This document shows, piece after piece, positions 8,724-17,570 of a DNA stretch of 64,000 bases (position 1 is the stretch's first letter; every line of letters begins with the position of its first letter). The notes under the pieces were generated by a model. That model ran no database searches. It was given only the letters and a program-made list of their open reading frames with translations, and was not told where the DNA came from. Origin of the DNA: Acidobacteriota bacterium (GTDB lineage: Bacteria > Acidobacteriota > Thermoanaerobaculia > UBA5066 > Gp7-AA6); assembly GCA_039931865.1 (NCBI GenBank), contig JBDTRB010000001.1:200-64199 (forward strand). The letters run 5' to 3'. The position numbers and the translations under genes are program-made.

Positions 8724-9251
8724 CTACACTTTCTTCAGTTTCTGCAGCGCTTCCCAGCGCGGGTCTATGGTTTTTTCGTTGCATGGGCACGTCGCGGCAT
8801 TCAGGTCCTGGCCGCACTGGACGCAGAGGCCCTTGCAATCCTCGCTGCAAAGCGGCTTCATGGGCACGGCCATCTGAATCCGCTCTTCGACGATCGGCTC
8901 GACAGGGACTTCGGGCTCCTCGAAGAAATACACGTCGAGCTCTTCCCGCTCGAGCTCGCGCTCTTCCTCACCCGCCGGCTGGCGAGGATACAGAACGAGA
9001 GAGAACTCCTCGTCGGACCGGAACGGGTAAGCCACGAGGCAGCGGCTGCACTCGAGCCTGCCGCCCCAGCCGAGATCCGCCTGGAGGGCAAAACCCGCTT
9101 CGATCGGGGTCACCTGCCCCGCAAAGCGCACGGGAGAGATCTCGACGAGCGGTTCCCGATCCAGCGCTTCTAAGGGAAACGTGAGCTGGAAATCGAAATC
9201 GACCGGCTGGCCGTGTGCCGCTTCGAGCGAAATGGTGTTTGCGTCTTTCAT
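8724..9251 (-). CDS. yceD: YceD/DUF177 family protein (large-subunit ribosomal RNA accumulation protein)
   Basis: 175 aa with C-terminal CxxC...CxxC pairs (SEDCKGLCVQCGQDLNAATCPC). Canonical position immediately upstream of rpmF. Confidence 0.8.
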   Translation of the reverse strand: MKDANTISLEAAHGQPVDFDFQLTFPLEALDREPLVEISPVRFAGQVTPIEAGFALQADLGWGGRLECSRCLVAYPFRSDEEFSLVLYPRQPAGEEERELEREELDVYFFEEPEVPVEPIVEERIQMAVPMKPLCSEDCKGLCVQCGQDLNAATCPCNEKTIDPRWEALQKLKKV

Positions 9252-9336
9252 GGGTCACTCAACGAAAAAGAACCCGTCGATCTTCCGACGGAACGGGCGA
9301 TTCTAGCAAGAGAAGGCGCAAGAGGGAACCGGGGCC

Positions 9337-9445
9337 GTCAGGGGTGAGGCGTGAGGGGTGAGGCGTACGGGGGGGGTCCCGCGGGGGGGGCCCGGCTCCC
9401 GCCTGGACGTCCTCACCCCTAACCCCTGACCCCTCACGGCTCCGG
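9337..9445. repeat. G-rich/C-rich inverted-repeat element (G-quadruplex-capable hairpin), copy 1
   Basis: gtcaGGGGtgaggcgtgaGGGGtgagg...acGGGGGGGGtcccgcGGGGGGGGcccgg...cctcaCCCCtaaCCCCtgaCCCCtcacggctccgg. The arms are reverse complements built from (T/G)NAGGGG units. Shares cctcacccctaacccct(c/g)acccctcacggctccg with 14425-14544. Sits in the divergent yceD / GT1 intergenic region. Confidence 0.6.
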
Positions 9446-9483
9446 CCTCCCGGCGACGGCTCCCGCCTGATACGTTCATCGCA

Positions 9484-10608
9484 ATGCGGATCGCCATTGA
9501 CGCCCGGGGCCTCCTGCCGCAGGCGACCGGGATCGGGACCTACACACGGGGCATCGCGGCCGCCCTGGCGGGGCGCAACGGGGACACTGTGGGGCTTTTC
9601 TCCCCGAGGCCCCTGCCGGAGGGACGCGAGATCGGTCCGTGGACGGTTTCCGCGGACTCCCACCCGTTCGGGATGCTCTGGGCCCAGACGACCCTCCCGG
9701 TCCGGGCGCGCGAGTGGGGCGCGGACGTCCTCCTGTCGGCACTCACGATCGGGCCTTCCGCGTCTGATGATCCGCCCTTCGTCTCGGTCGTCCACGACCT
9801 GACGCCCTGGACGAATCCTGAGTGGCATGCGCGCCGGACGCTCGTGGGGTTTCTTCCCCTCTGGGAGCGCACCTTAGAGCGCGCCTCGCGGCTCCTCTGC
9901 GTGTCGGAGACCACCGCCCGCGAGCTTCTGCTGCACTACCCGGAGGCCGCGCCGCGGATCCGGGTGGCCCGAAACGGCGTGGACGCGGACCTCTCCCCGG
10001 GACCCTGGCCGCCCGGCGCGGAAGCGGAGAAGACACGAAGGCAGCACGCGAACGGGGCGCGCTTCGTGCTCTCGCTCTCGACACTCGAGCCGCGCAAGAA
10101 CATCGAAAGCCTCGTCGTCGCCTGCGAACGTCTCTGGAGCCGGCGCCGCTCGCGCCCGGACCTCGTCCTAGCCGGAGGCGTGGGGTGGAAATCGGGGCCC
10201 CTCCTTCGGCGGATCGGGCGCTCCCCGTTCCGCGACAAGATCCACGTCCTCGGGTACATGCCGGCGCGCGCCGCGCGCGAGCTGTACAGGGCGGCGGAGG
10301 TTTTTGTCTATCCCTCGCTGTCGGAGGGATTCGGACTGCCCGTGCTCGAGGCGATGGCGTGCGGCGCTCCCGTGGTGGCCTCCACCGCCCCCGCGCTCGT
10401 CGAGGTCGGAGGCGACGCGGTTCTCTACGCGCCTCCCGGCGACATCGCCGAGCTGACGCGGCAGATCGAGCGCGCGCTCGAGGAGGAGCCCCTGCGCGCG
10501 CGTCTTCGCGCCGCCGGACCTCCGCGCGCTGCTCAGTTCTCCTGGGCCGCAGCCGCGGAAGCGACTGCGGCCGTGCTCGAGGAAGCGGTCCGGGAAAGGC
10601 GCCCGTGA
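9484..10608 (+). CDS. Glycosyltransferase family 4 (GT1-fold, RfaB-like)
   Basis: 374 aa, MRIAIDARGLLPQATGIGTYTRGI..., C-terminal EGFGLPVLEAMACGAPVV motif. Confidence 0.85.
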   Translation: MRIAIDARGLLPQATGIGTYTRGIAAALAGRNGDTVGLFSPRPLPEGREIGPWTVSADSHPFGMLWAQTTLPVRAREWGADVLLSALTIGPSASDDPPFVSVVHDLTPWTNPEWHARRTLVGFLPLWERTLERASRLLCVSETTARELLLHYPEAAPRIRVARNGVDADLSPGPWPPGAEAEKTRRQHANGARFVLSLSTLEPRKNIESLVVACERLWSRRRSRPDLVLAGGVGWKSGPLLRRIGRSPFRDKIHVLGYMPARAARELYRAAEVFVYPSLSEGFGLPVLEAMACGAPVVASTAPALVEVGGDAVLYAPPGDIAELTRQIERALEEEPLRARLRAAGPPRAAQFSWAAAAEATAAVLEEAVRERRP

Positions 10609-10610
10609 GC

Positions 10611-11801
10611 ATGGGCATGAGCCGACAACGGCAAGCCGCCCCGCCGCGGATCGGCATCGACGCCCGAAAGGTGAAGGACTACGGGATCGGTTCCTACATC
10701 CGCGACCTGCTCGACGCGATCGGCCGCCGCGCCGAGTCCGAGCAGTACCGATTTCTGGTGTACGTCGGGTCCGCCGACCGCGACGCGCTGCCCGCGCTCC
10801 CGCCGCACTTCGAGATCACCGCGGAAGAAGCCCCCGGATATTCGATCGCGGAGCTGACGGGATTCGCGTGGCGGATCTTCCGCGACCGGCTCGATCTCTT
10901 TCACGCCACCCACTACGTGCTGCCGCCCCTTCCCGGCACGAAGTCCGTCGTCACGATTCACGACATCATCCATCTCCTCTACCCGCAGTTTCTTCCGAGC
11001 AGGGCGGCCCATCTCTACGCGCGTTTCATGATCCGGCGCGCCCTCCAGCGCGCGGATCGAATCATCACCGTCTCCTACAACAGCAAGCGGGACCTGACGG
11101 ACTACTTCGGGATCCCGGGCTCTCGGACCGAAGTCATCTACAACGGAGTCTCGCCGCGCTTCCACCCCGACGTTTCCCCGAAGGAGCGGCGTCGGGTCGC
11201 CGAGCGGCACGGGCTGCCCACGCCGTACCTTCTCTTTCTCGGGGGCGAAAAGCCCCACAAGAACGTGCAGAATGTCGTGCGCGCGTTCGCCGAGGCCCGC
11301 CGCCGGCAGGAGCTTCCTCAGACTCTGGTCCTGGCCGGGCCGATGCCGGCCAACGAGGGGCGCCTTGAAGCGCTCATCTCCGCGCTCGACCTCTCCGGCG
11401 CGATCCGACGGCCGGGCATCGTCGACGAAGCCGACCTGCCCGGGCTTTACGCCGGCGCGGACGCACTCCTTTACCCCACGCTGTACGAGGGATTCGGGCT
11501 GCCCGTCGTGGAAGCCATGGCGTGCGGCGTCCCCGTCCTCACCTCCTCGACCTCCGCCCTTCAGGAAATCGCGGGCGGATACGCCTGTCTCGTCGACCCG
11601 ATGGACGTCGATGCGATCGCGAACGGGATCGTTCAGCTGGCAACGGACCCGCGGGTCCGCGCGGACTATTCACTTCTCGGCCGCAAGCGCGCGCTCGACT
11701 TCTCCTGGGAAAAAGCCGCGGAGAGGACGCTCGAGGTGTATGCCTCGGCGCTCGCCGGGGCGCCCCGCCGCCGGGACCCCGCCGAGGGGCGGACGGAGTG
11801 A
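10611..11801 (+). CDS. Glycosyltransferase family 4
   Basis: Real start MGMSRQRQAAPPRIGIDARKV... at 10611 (track ORF 9822-11801 is an upstream in-frame extension overlapping GT1). EGFGLPVVEAMACGVPVL motif. Confidence 0.85.
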   Translation: MGMSRQRQAAPPRIGIDARKVKDYGIGSYIRDLLDAIGRRAESEQYRFLVYVGSADRDALPALPPHFEITAEEAPGYSIAELTGFAWRIFRDRLDLFHATHYVLPPLPGTKSVVTIHDIIHLLYPQFLPSRAAHLYARFMIRRALQRADRIITVSYNSKRDLTDYFGIPGSRTEVIYNGVSPRFHPDVSPKERRRVAERHGLPTPYLLFLGGEKPHKNVQNVVRAFAEARRRQELPQTLVLAGPMPANEGRLEALISALDLSGAIRRPGIVDEADLPGLYAGADALLYPTLYEGFGLPVVEAMACGVPVLTSSTSALQEIAGGYACLVDPMDVDAIANGIVQLATDPRVRADYSLLGRKRALDFSWEKAAERTLEVYASALAGAPRRRDPAEGRTE

Positions 11802-11916
11802 GGACTCCGCGGGACTCGAAGAACCGGACTTCGCGACCCGGCTTTCGCCCTTCGCCTTTCCCGTTTCGCCCGCGTGCTTCGCCTTCCGCCCTTTGCCGTT
11901 CGCCCTTTGCCCGAAA

Positions 11917-13026
11917 ATGAGAACCGCCGTCGTCCACGACTGGCTGAACGGCATGCGCGGCGGAGAGAAGGTCCTGGAGGCGATTCTCGAAACGGTTCCC
12001 GACCCGACGATCTTCACGCTCTTTCACGTTCCGGGCGCCGTGTCACCGGCGATCGAGCGATTCCCGATCCAGGCGTCCTTTCTGAACCGCATGCCTTTTG
12101 CGGAAAAGCGCTACCGCGAGTACCTCCCGCTCTTTCCCCTTGCGGTGGAGTCCTTCGACCTCTCGAGCTTCGATCTCGTTGTCTCCTCGTCTCACTGCGT
12201 CGCAAAGGGTGCGGTCGCGCCGTCCGGCGTCCCGCATCTCTGCTACTGCCACACTCCGGTGCGATACGCGTGGGACCAGTTCGACGCCTACTTTCCTGCC
12301 GGTACAACGCGGTTCCGCGGCGTGAAGCGCGCGCTCGTCGAGCGTCTGCGGGAGTGGGATCTCGAAACAGCGGGACGCCCCTCACGCTATCTCGCCAACT
12401 CGGGCGCGGTCGCGGAGCGGATCCGCCGGCACTACGGCCGGGACGCCGAGGTCTGCCATCCGCCCGTCGACGTCGTGTTCTACGAGGGGAACGGACGCGT
12501 CCGGGAGGACTTCCTGCTCGCGGTCGGCGCTCTCGTCCCGTACAAACGGTTCGAGCACGCGATCGAGGCGGCTGCCCAGGTCTCCAGGCCGCTCGTCCTT
12601 GTCGGGAAGGGGCCCGAGGAAGCGCGCCTTCGCGCCGCCGCGGCCCGCCTCCACAGGAGAGGCGCGTCTTCCGTAGACGTAGACATCCGGATGGACCTTC
12701 GACCGGCGGAGCTTCGAGATCTCTACCGCCGCTGCGCCCTCTTTGTGCAGCCCGGGGAGGAGGACTTCGGGATCGCGGCCGTGGAGGCCATGGCGTGCGG
12801 GGCGCCGGTCGTGGCTCTCGCGCGCGGAGGGGCGCTCGACATCGTCGCGGACGGCGAAAGCGGCATCCTCTTCGCGGAAGAGGGCGCGGCCGGCCTCGCC
12901 GCCGCCATCGAGCGCGCGCTTCCCCTCGCCTTCGACTACACTCGACTTCGCGACCGGGCGCTCCGGTTTGGCCGGCCGCGATTTCTCGAGGACTTCCGCC
13001 GCCAGATCGAAGGCGTTCTCCGATGA
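11917..13026 (+). CDS. Glycosyltransferase family 4
   Basis: MRTAVVHDWLNGMRGGEKVLEAIL... ...EEDFGIAAVEAMACGAPVVA. Start chosen at the first conserved Met; the long track ORF from 11272 is an in-frame extension. Confidence 0.8.
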   Translation: MRTAVVHDWLNGMRGGEKVLEAILETVPDPTIFTLFHVPGAVSPAIERFPIQASFLNRMPFAEKRYREYLPLFPLAVESFDLSSFDLVVSSSHCVAKGAVAPSGVPHLCYCHTPVRYAWDQFDAYFPAGTTRFRGVKRALVERLREWDLETAGRPSRYLANSGAVAERIRRHYGRDAEVCHPPVDVVFYEGNGRVREDFLLAVGALVPYKRFEHAIEAAAQVSRPLVLVGKGPEEARLRAAAARLHRRGASSVDVDIRMDLRPAELRDLYRRCALFVQPGEEDFGIAAVEAMACGAPVVALARGGALDIVADGESGILFAEEGAAGLAAAIERALPLAFDYTRLRDRALRFGRPRFLEDFRRQIEGVLR

Positions 13027-14423
13027 TCCGACAGACGCGGCGCCGCGCGGCGCTCTTCCTCGCCTCCGACCTGGCGGCTTCGCTCCTCGCTTTGACCTCC
13101 GCGTACGCCCTGCGATTCGGCCTCGAGATCGTCCCCGTGCGCCACGGCGTGCCGGGGGTATTCGCGTACCTGCGCCTCTTCCCGCTCATTGCGGTGCTGT
13201 GGCCGGTCGTGTACTCCTTCTATGGTCTCTACCAGGTGCGGCGTCATCGCTCCCGCCTCGACGAGGGGATCGCGGTGCTGGTCGCGACCGCGCTCGCGAC
13301 GTTGCTTCTCGTCAGTCTCGGGAGCTTCTTCCGCGGGTTCTCCTACTCGCGGCTCGTCCTTCTTCTCTTCTCCTCGAGCGACGTGCTCTTCGTGTTTGCG
13401 GGCCGCACGGCGATCCGCCGCTACTACGAGGAAGCCTTCCGCCACGGGATCGGCGTCCGGCAGGCGGTGGTCGTCGGTGCCGGGCGGCTCGGCCGCGCTC
13501 TGGTCGACAAGCTGATCGAGCATCCCGAGGCGGGGCTCTCAATCGTCGGTTTCCTCGACGACGATCCCGGAAAGCAGGCGGAGATCTACCGCGGGATCCC
13601 GATCGTCGGTACGACCGCCGAGACGGCGGCGGTGGTCGATGCGCGCGCGATCGACACCGTCTTTCTGGCGCTGCCGCTCGACGCGCACCGCACGATGCTA
13701 TCGGTGCTCCAGGAGGTCGGCCGGACCGTCGCGGACGTGCGGGTCGTGCCGGATCTCCTGCAGCACATCACGTTCCGCGCCGGGATTGAGGACCTCGACG
13801 GCCTTCCCGTCGTGCACCTGACCTCGGTGCCGCTGACCGGATGGACCGGGCTCGTGAAACGTTCGCTCGACGTGGCCATTTCCGCCGCGGCTCTTCTCGG
13901 CACTTCCCCTGCTCTGGCGGCGATCGCGCTAGCGATCCGGATCGAGGACGGCGAGCCTATCTTCTACAGGCAGCTGAGGATGGGTCTCGACGGCCGGCCC
14001 TTTGAAATCGTCAAGTTCCGATCGATGCGCGTGGGCGCGGAAGACGAATCGGGTCCGACCTGGGCGGTCCGCGACGATCCACGGCGCACGCGCGTCGGCC
14101 GCTTCCTTCGGCGCACGAGCCTCGACGAGCTGCCGCAGCTCTGGAACGTGCTCCGGGGAGAGATGTCTCTCGTCGGCCCGCGCCCGGAACGGCCCGAATT
14201 CGTCCGCGCGTTCAAGCACGAGTTCCCGCAGTACATGCTGCGCCACCGCGTCCGCGCCGGGATCACGGGCTGGGCGCAGGTGCACGGATGGCGCGGCAAC
14301 ACGAGCCTGACGAAGAGGATCGAGTACGACCTGTACTACATCGAGAACTGGTCGCTCTCCCTGGATCTGAAAATTCTATGGCTCACGGCAAGGCACGGAT
14401 TCCGGCACAGGAATGCTTATTGA
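13023..14423 (+). CDS. Undecaprenyl-phosphate sugar phosphotransferase (WbaP/EpsB-type exopolysaccharide priming enzyme)
   Basis: [22 protein letters not shown]... N-terminal TM segments, central Rossmann-like block ([13 protein letters not shown]), C-terminal bacterial sugar-transferase domain ([12 protein letters not shown]...[21 protein letters not shown]...GITGWAQV). Start ATGA-overlaps the GT3 stop. Confidence 0.85.
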   Translation: MIRQTRRRAALFLASDLAASLLALTSAYALRFGLEIVPVRHGVPGVFAYLRLFPLIAVLWPVVYSFYGLYQVRRHRSRLDEGIAVLVATALATLLLVSLGSFFRGFSYSRLVLLLFSSSDVLFVFAGRTAIRRYYEEAFRHGIGVRQAVVVGAGRLGRALVDKLIEHPEAGLSIVGFLDDDPGKQAEIYRGIPIVGTTAETAAVVDARAIDTVFLALPLDAHRTMLSVLQEVGRTVADVRVVPDLLQHITFRAGIEDLDGLPVVHLTSVPLTGWTGLVKRSLDVAISAAALLGTSPALAAIALAIRIEDGEPIFYRQLRMGLDGRPFEIVKFRSMRVGAEDESGPTWAVRDDPRRTRVGRFLRRTSLDELPQLWNVLRGEMSLVGPRPERPEFVRAFKHEFPQYMLRHRVRAGITGWAQVHGWRGNTSLTKRIEYDLYYIENWSLSLDLKILWLTARHGFRHRNAY

Positions 14424-14424
14424 C

Positions 14425-14544
14425 GTGAGGGGTTAGGGGTCAGGGGTCAGGGCGGGGGGATAAGGCTTAACCCGGTCCGCCCTCACCCTCACCCTTCACC
14501 CCTCACGGCCTCGGTTCCCCTCACCCCTAACCCCTCACGGCTCC
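14425..14544. repeat. G-quadruplex/hairpin-forming inverted-repeat element, copy 2; likely bidirectional terminator between convergent genes
   Basis: GTGAGGGGTTAGGGGTCAGGGGTCAGGGCGGGGGGA (four or more G4 tracts with 3-nt loops), then the C-rich complement ...ccctcaccctcacccttcacccctcacgg...cccctcacccctaacccctcacggctccg. Fills the entire 127-bp gap between the sugar-transferase stop (14423) and the transglutaminase stop (14551). Confidence 0.6.
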
Positions 14545-14550
14545 GTTCGG

Positions 14551-16584
14551 TCACGCCAGCTTCCGTAACCTCTTCAGCCTTCCGCCGAGCTCCGCTTCGA
14601 TTTCGCGGCCTGTTTCGCGGCCTCCGAACGCGCTTTCGCAATAGAGGGTCACGACCGCTCGCGCGTCTTCCGCCGCGGCGGGAATGGCTTGCGCGAAGAG
14701 ACGCGCGACTTCCGCCGGCGGGATCGACGGCGCGATGCGGCCCAGGCGGCGGGCGAGGAGGCGGCGCAGCGCGAGGTACGCGCGCGTGGGCGGCGGGATC
14801 GCCCGGCGGCGCCCACGCCCGTACTTCAGGAGCGCGGTGAGAGCGCCCAGAGCCGCGAGCGCCGCAACGCCCAGGTACAGGTCGCGGCTCCAGACGTGAT
14901 TCCACGAGCCGAACCGCTCCGCCGCGCTCCCGACGCCCTGGCGCGCCGCATCGAGGAACTGTCCCTGGTCGAAGGAGTCGAAGCCCAGGATCCGCCGGTC
15001 GTAGAAGAACTCGATTTCCCGGCCGAAGCTGCTGACGCGCTTCCACCAGGATCCTCGCGATGTCGCCGACGGAATTCCGGACGGCGGCGTGGGATCGAGA
15101 ACCGAAAAACCTGTCCCGTCGACGTCCGCTTCGACCCACGCATGCAGGTTCGTGCCGCGGACGACGACGGCCGACGAGAGAAAGCTCATCTCACCGCCGT
15201 AGGACCCGGTCACGAGCCGCGCCGGAATGCCGCGTGAGGTCAGCATCAGAGCGGCCGCGGACGCGAAGAACTCGCAGTGGCCCGACTTCGACCGCAGGAG
15301 GAAGTGAACGACCGGATCGCCCGACGTGCGCGGCGGATCGAGCGTATAGACGAAGTCTCTGGCGAAGTGCTCGCGGATCCGGTCGTAGATCTGCCGCGGA
15401 TCGGACAGGTCGCCCGTCAGCTTCTGCGCGTACGCGCGGATCTCCGGCGGAACGACGCGAGGATCGATCGCGGTGGCGCCGATCCCGCGCGGCTCCGCTT
15501 TCCGGACTCCGGACGTGTAGCGCACGGTGCGGCGTCGGGTCGGGAGGCGCACGATTCCGTCGGAAAGAGAGACGGGGAATCCCCGGTCGAGCTCGAGTCC
15601 CACCGCCTCGTACGGAAGAAAGAGAAATCCGTTCGTGAAGGGATTCAGATCGATCGAAATCTTTCCGGCGACCCCATCCCCCGGCCTCTGTTCCGGAATC
15701 GAGGAGTCCTGGCGCGCCATTCGGGACCGCAATCCTCGCGAGTAAGGGTTGCGCGTCCACGATCCCGTCGAGTAGTCGGTGAACACCGCCTCCCGGAGCC
15801 GGAGCACACGGGGCAGCATCCGGTCAGGCGACACCTCCATCCGAAGGACGACCTGGTCGCTCCGCTTCGCGGCGCCGAACGACTCGAGATCCACCCGATC
15901 GGCCGCGAGCGCGCTCGAGAGAGCGTCCTCGACCCGCATCGGAGCGGTCACGAACGGGCTGTGCAGTCTCGGGAGCGAGTAGAAGAGCGGCGTCGCGATG
16001 AGAGCTGCCGCGAGGAGGAGGGTCGCGGCCATCCCGCCCGTCGGCACCGCGCGCAGGACCCGATCCGGGGGCGCGTCTTCGAAGTCCGCGAGCACGGCCA
16101 GGCGGCCGAGCGCGCGAAACGACAGGAACGCCATCCCGGCGAAATAGAAGAGAGAGGAGACGTGCGTCGCCGACGAGGCGGAGGCCAGCGTGACCAGGAA
16201 CAGAACGAGCAACGCGGTGCGCGCTTCGCCCGGACGCTTCAACGACGCGAGCTTCGCGATCGTCGTGAAGAGGAGAAGGTGAGAGACGGAACGGAGGAGT
16301 CCCGGGTGGAAGAGAAAGACTTCCGCGCCGAGCCAGAGAAAATAGGAAAGCCCGATCGCGTTTAAGAATCCGTCGGAGAGCCGGACCGGGGAACCGGCGC
16401 GAGCCCGCCACCAGAGCAGGAAGAGCGCGCACTCGTACGCCGCCAGCGCGACCGGAACCGCGCCCTCTGTCCAGAAGAGAGGCACGGGAGCGAGCGCCGC
16501 GAGCGGGGCCAGCACGAGAAGGTACGCGCGCCGCAGGCCCGTCGGGATCTCCGCGACCTCGCCGCGCAGGAGGTTGCCCGTCAC
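14551..16584 (-). CDS. Transglutaminase-like membrane protein (DUF3488 N-terminal TM domain plus TGc core)
   Basis: TGc catalytic region ...GHCEFFASAAALMLTSRGIPARLVTGSYGGE...HAWVEADV... Start taken as GTG overlapping the DUF58 stop (GTGA at 16581-16584); the track's 784-aa ORF extends antisense into DUF58. Confidence 0.8.
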   Translation of the reverse strand: MTGNLLRGEVAEIPTGLRRAYLLVLAPLAALAPVPLFWTEGAVPVALAAYECALFLLWWRARAGSPVRLSDGFLNAIGLSYFLWLGAEVFLFHPGLLRSVSHLLLFTTIAKLASLKRPGEARTALLVLFLVTLASASSATHVSSLFYFAGMAFLSFRALGRLAVLADFEDAPPDRVLRAVPTGGMAATLLLAAALIATPLFYSLPRLHSPFVTAPMRVEDALSSALAADRVDLESFGAAKRSDQVVLRMEVSPDRMLPRVLRLREAVFTDYSTGSWTRNPYSRGLRSRMARQDSSIPEQRPGDGVAGKISIDLNPFTNGFLFLPYEAVGLELDRGFPVSLSDGIVRLPTRRRTVRYTSGVRKAEPRGIGATAIDPRVVPPEIRAYAQKLTGDLSDPRQIYDRIREHFARDFVYTLDPPRTSGDPVVHFLLRSKSGHCEFFASAAALMLTSRGIPARLVTGSYGGEMSFLSSAVVVRGTNLHAWVEADVDGTGFSVLDPTPPSGIPSATSRGSWWKRVSSFGREIEFFYDRRILGFDSFDQGQFLDAARQGVGSAAERFGSWNHVWSRDLYLGVAALAALGALTALLKYGRGRRRAIPPPTRAYLALRRLLARRLGRIAPSIPPAEVARLFAQAIPAAAEDARAVVTLYCESAFGGRETGREIEAELGGRLKRLRKLA

Positions 16585-17570
16585 GAGACCATCACCCGCG
16601 CCTCGCCCGGACGAAGGTCCGGAAATGCGGGCGCCTCGGCCGCCGCAGCGGGAGAAAGCCGCGCGAGCGCCTCGAGCACCCGGGTCCGCTGCATCGGTCC
16701 GAAACCGGAAGCCACGCGGATCCCCCGCGCCTGGAACCCGACCTCCGCCCCCTGGGACAGAAGGGAGATCGCTCGTCCGGCGCATCGCGAGAGCGCCCCT
16801 TCGAGGTCCGCGAGCAGGACCGGGTCCGACGGATTCGCTAGGGCATTGTCGACGGTCAGCACGACGGCTCGGTCCCGCTCCGCTTCTCTCTCGCGGACGA
16901 TCCATTTCCCCATCCGGGCCGACTGCTTCCAGTGGACGTCGCGCGGATCATCTCCCGCGACGAACTCCCGCAGCGCGCGGATGTCCGAGCCGCCTCCCCG
17001 CCGGCGCGGATGGGGCCTTCCGCCCCGCCCGTCCTCCGGCGGCGGCTCTTCGAACCGCGCCGACTCGAGCGCCGGATAGACCACGACTTCCCGGGGCAGA
17101 TGCGCTCTCCGGTACTTCCGGAAGAGCCCGAGCGGAAAACGCGAGAGAAGTCCCGCGTCGGCCTCCCGCACGACTCCGCGCCTTCCAAACGACCCTTCGA
17201 CGAGGACCTCCCGCACTTCACCGGGGGCGAGCGGGTCGATCCAGAGCGGCCCGGGCAGGCCTTCGTGCAGAAAGAAGATCGCCTGCGCGGTCGCGCGCCG
17301 CAGCTGGCTCTCGACGCGCACTTTGAGAAGCGCAGGTTGTCCGGCAAAGACTTCTCCCACGGTTTCGATGTCGCAGGAGACGCCCCGCACGTTGCGCCGG
17401 GACACGAGCCCCGAGACGACCATCGAGGAGAGCATCGCAGCGAGGACCAGGTAGAGCCCGTTGTTGCCCGTGTTCGTCGCCCCGATCGCAACGACCAGAC
17501 AGAGGAGGATGTAGCCGAGCCCGAAGTTCGTGATTCGGATTTCCCATTCGGGGATGACGCGGGACATCAC
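16581..17570 (-). CDS. DUF58 family protein (MoxR-associated vWA-like)
   Basis: 329 aa. N-terminal TM region (GYILLCLVVAIGATNTGNNGLYLVLAAMLSSMVVSGL) typical of DUF58. ATGA overlap with the moxR stop. Conserved MoxR-DUF58-TGase gene order. Confidence 0.8.
   Translation of the reverse strand: MMSRVIPEWEIRITNFGLGYILLCLVVAIGATNTGNNGLYLVLAAMLSSMVVSGLVSRRNVRGVSCDIETVGEVFAGQPALLKVRVESQLRRATAQAIFFLHEGLPGPLWIDPLAPGEVREVLVEGSFGRRGVVREADAGLLSRFPLGLFRKYRRAHLPREVVVYPALESARFEEPPPEDGRGGRPHPRRRGGGSDIRALREFVAGDDPRDVHWKQSARMGKWIVREREAERDRAVVLTVDNALANPSDPVLLADLEGALSRCAGRAISLLSQGAEVGFQARGIRVASGFGPMQRTRVLEALARLSPAAAAEAPAFPDLRPGEARVMVS

Noticed and set aside
9822-10610. N-terminal 263 codons of the 659-aa track ORF
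   Set aside because: Out-of-frame overlap with GT1 and Arg/Pro-rich. The real GT2 starts at the conserved MGMSRQ...IGIDAR at 10611, right after the GT1 stop.
11874-13022. First about 380 codons of the 849-aa track ORF (and similarly 11272-11916)
   Set aside because: Overlaps GT3 in another frame and is low-complexity. The conserved sugar-transferase sequence starts at MIRQTRRR (13023).
12014-13189. 391-aa minus-strand ORF
   Set aside because: Extremely Arg-rich antisense shadow of GT3.
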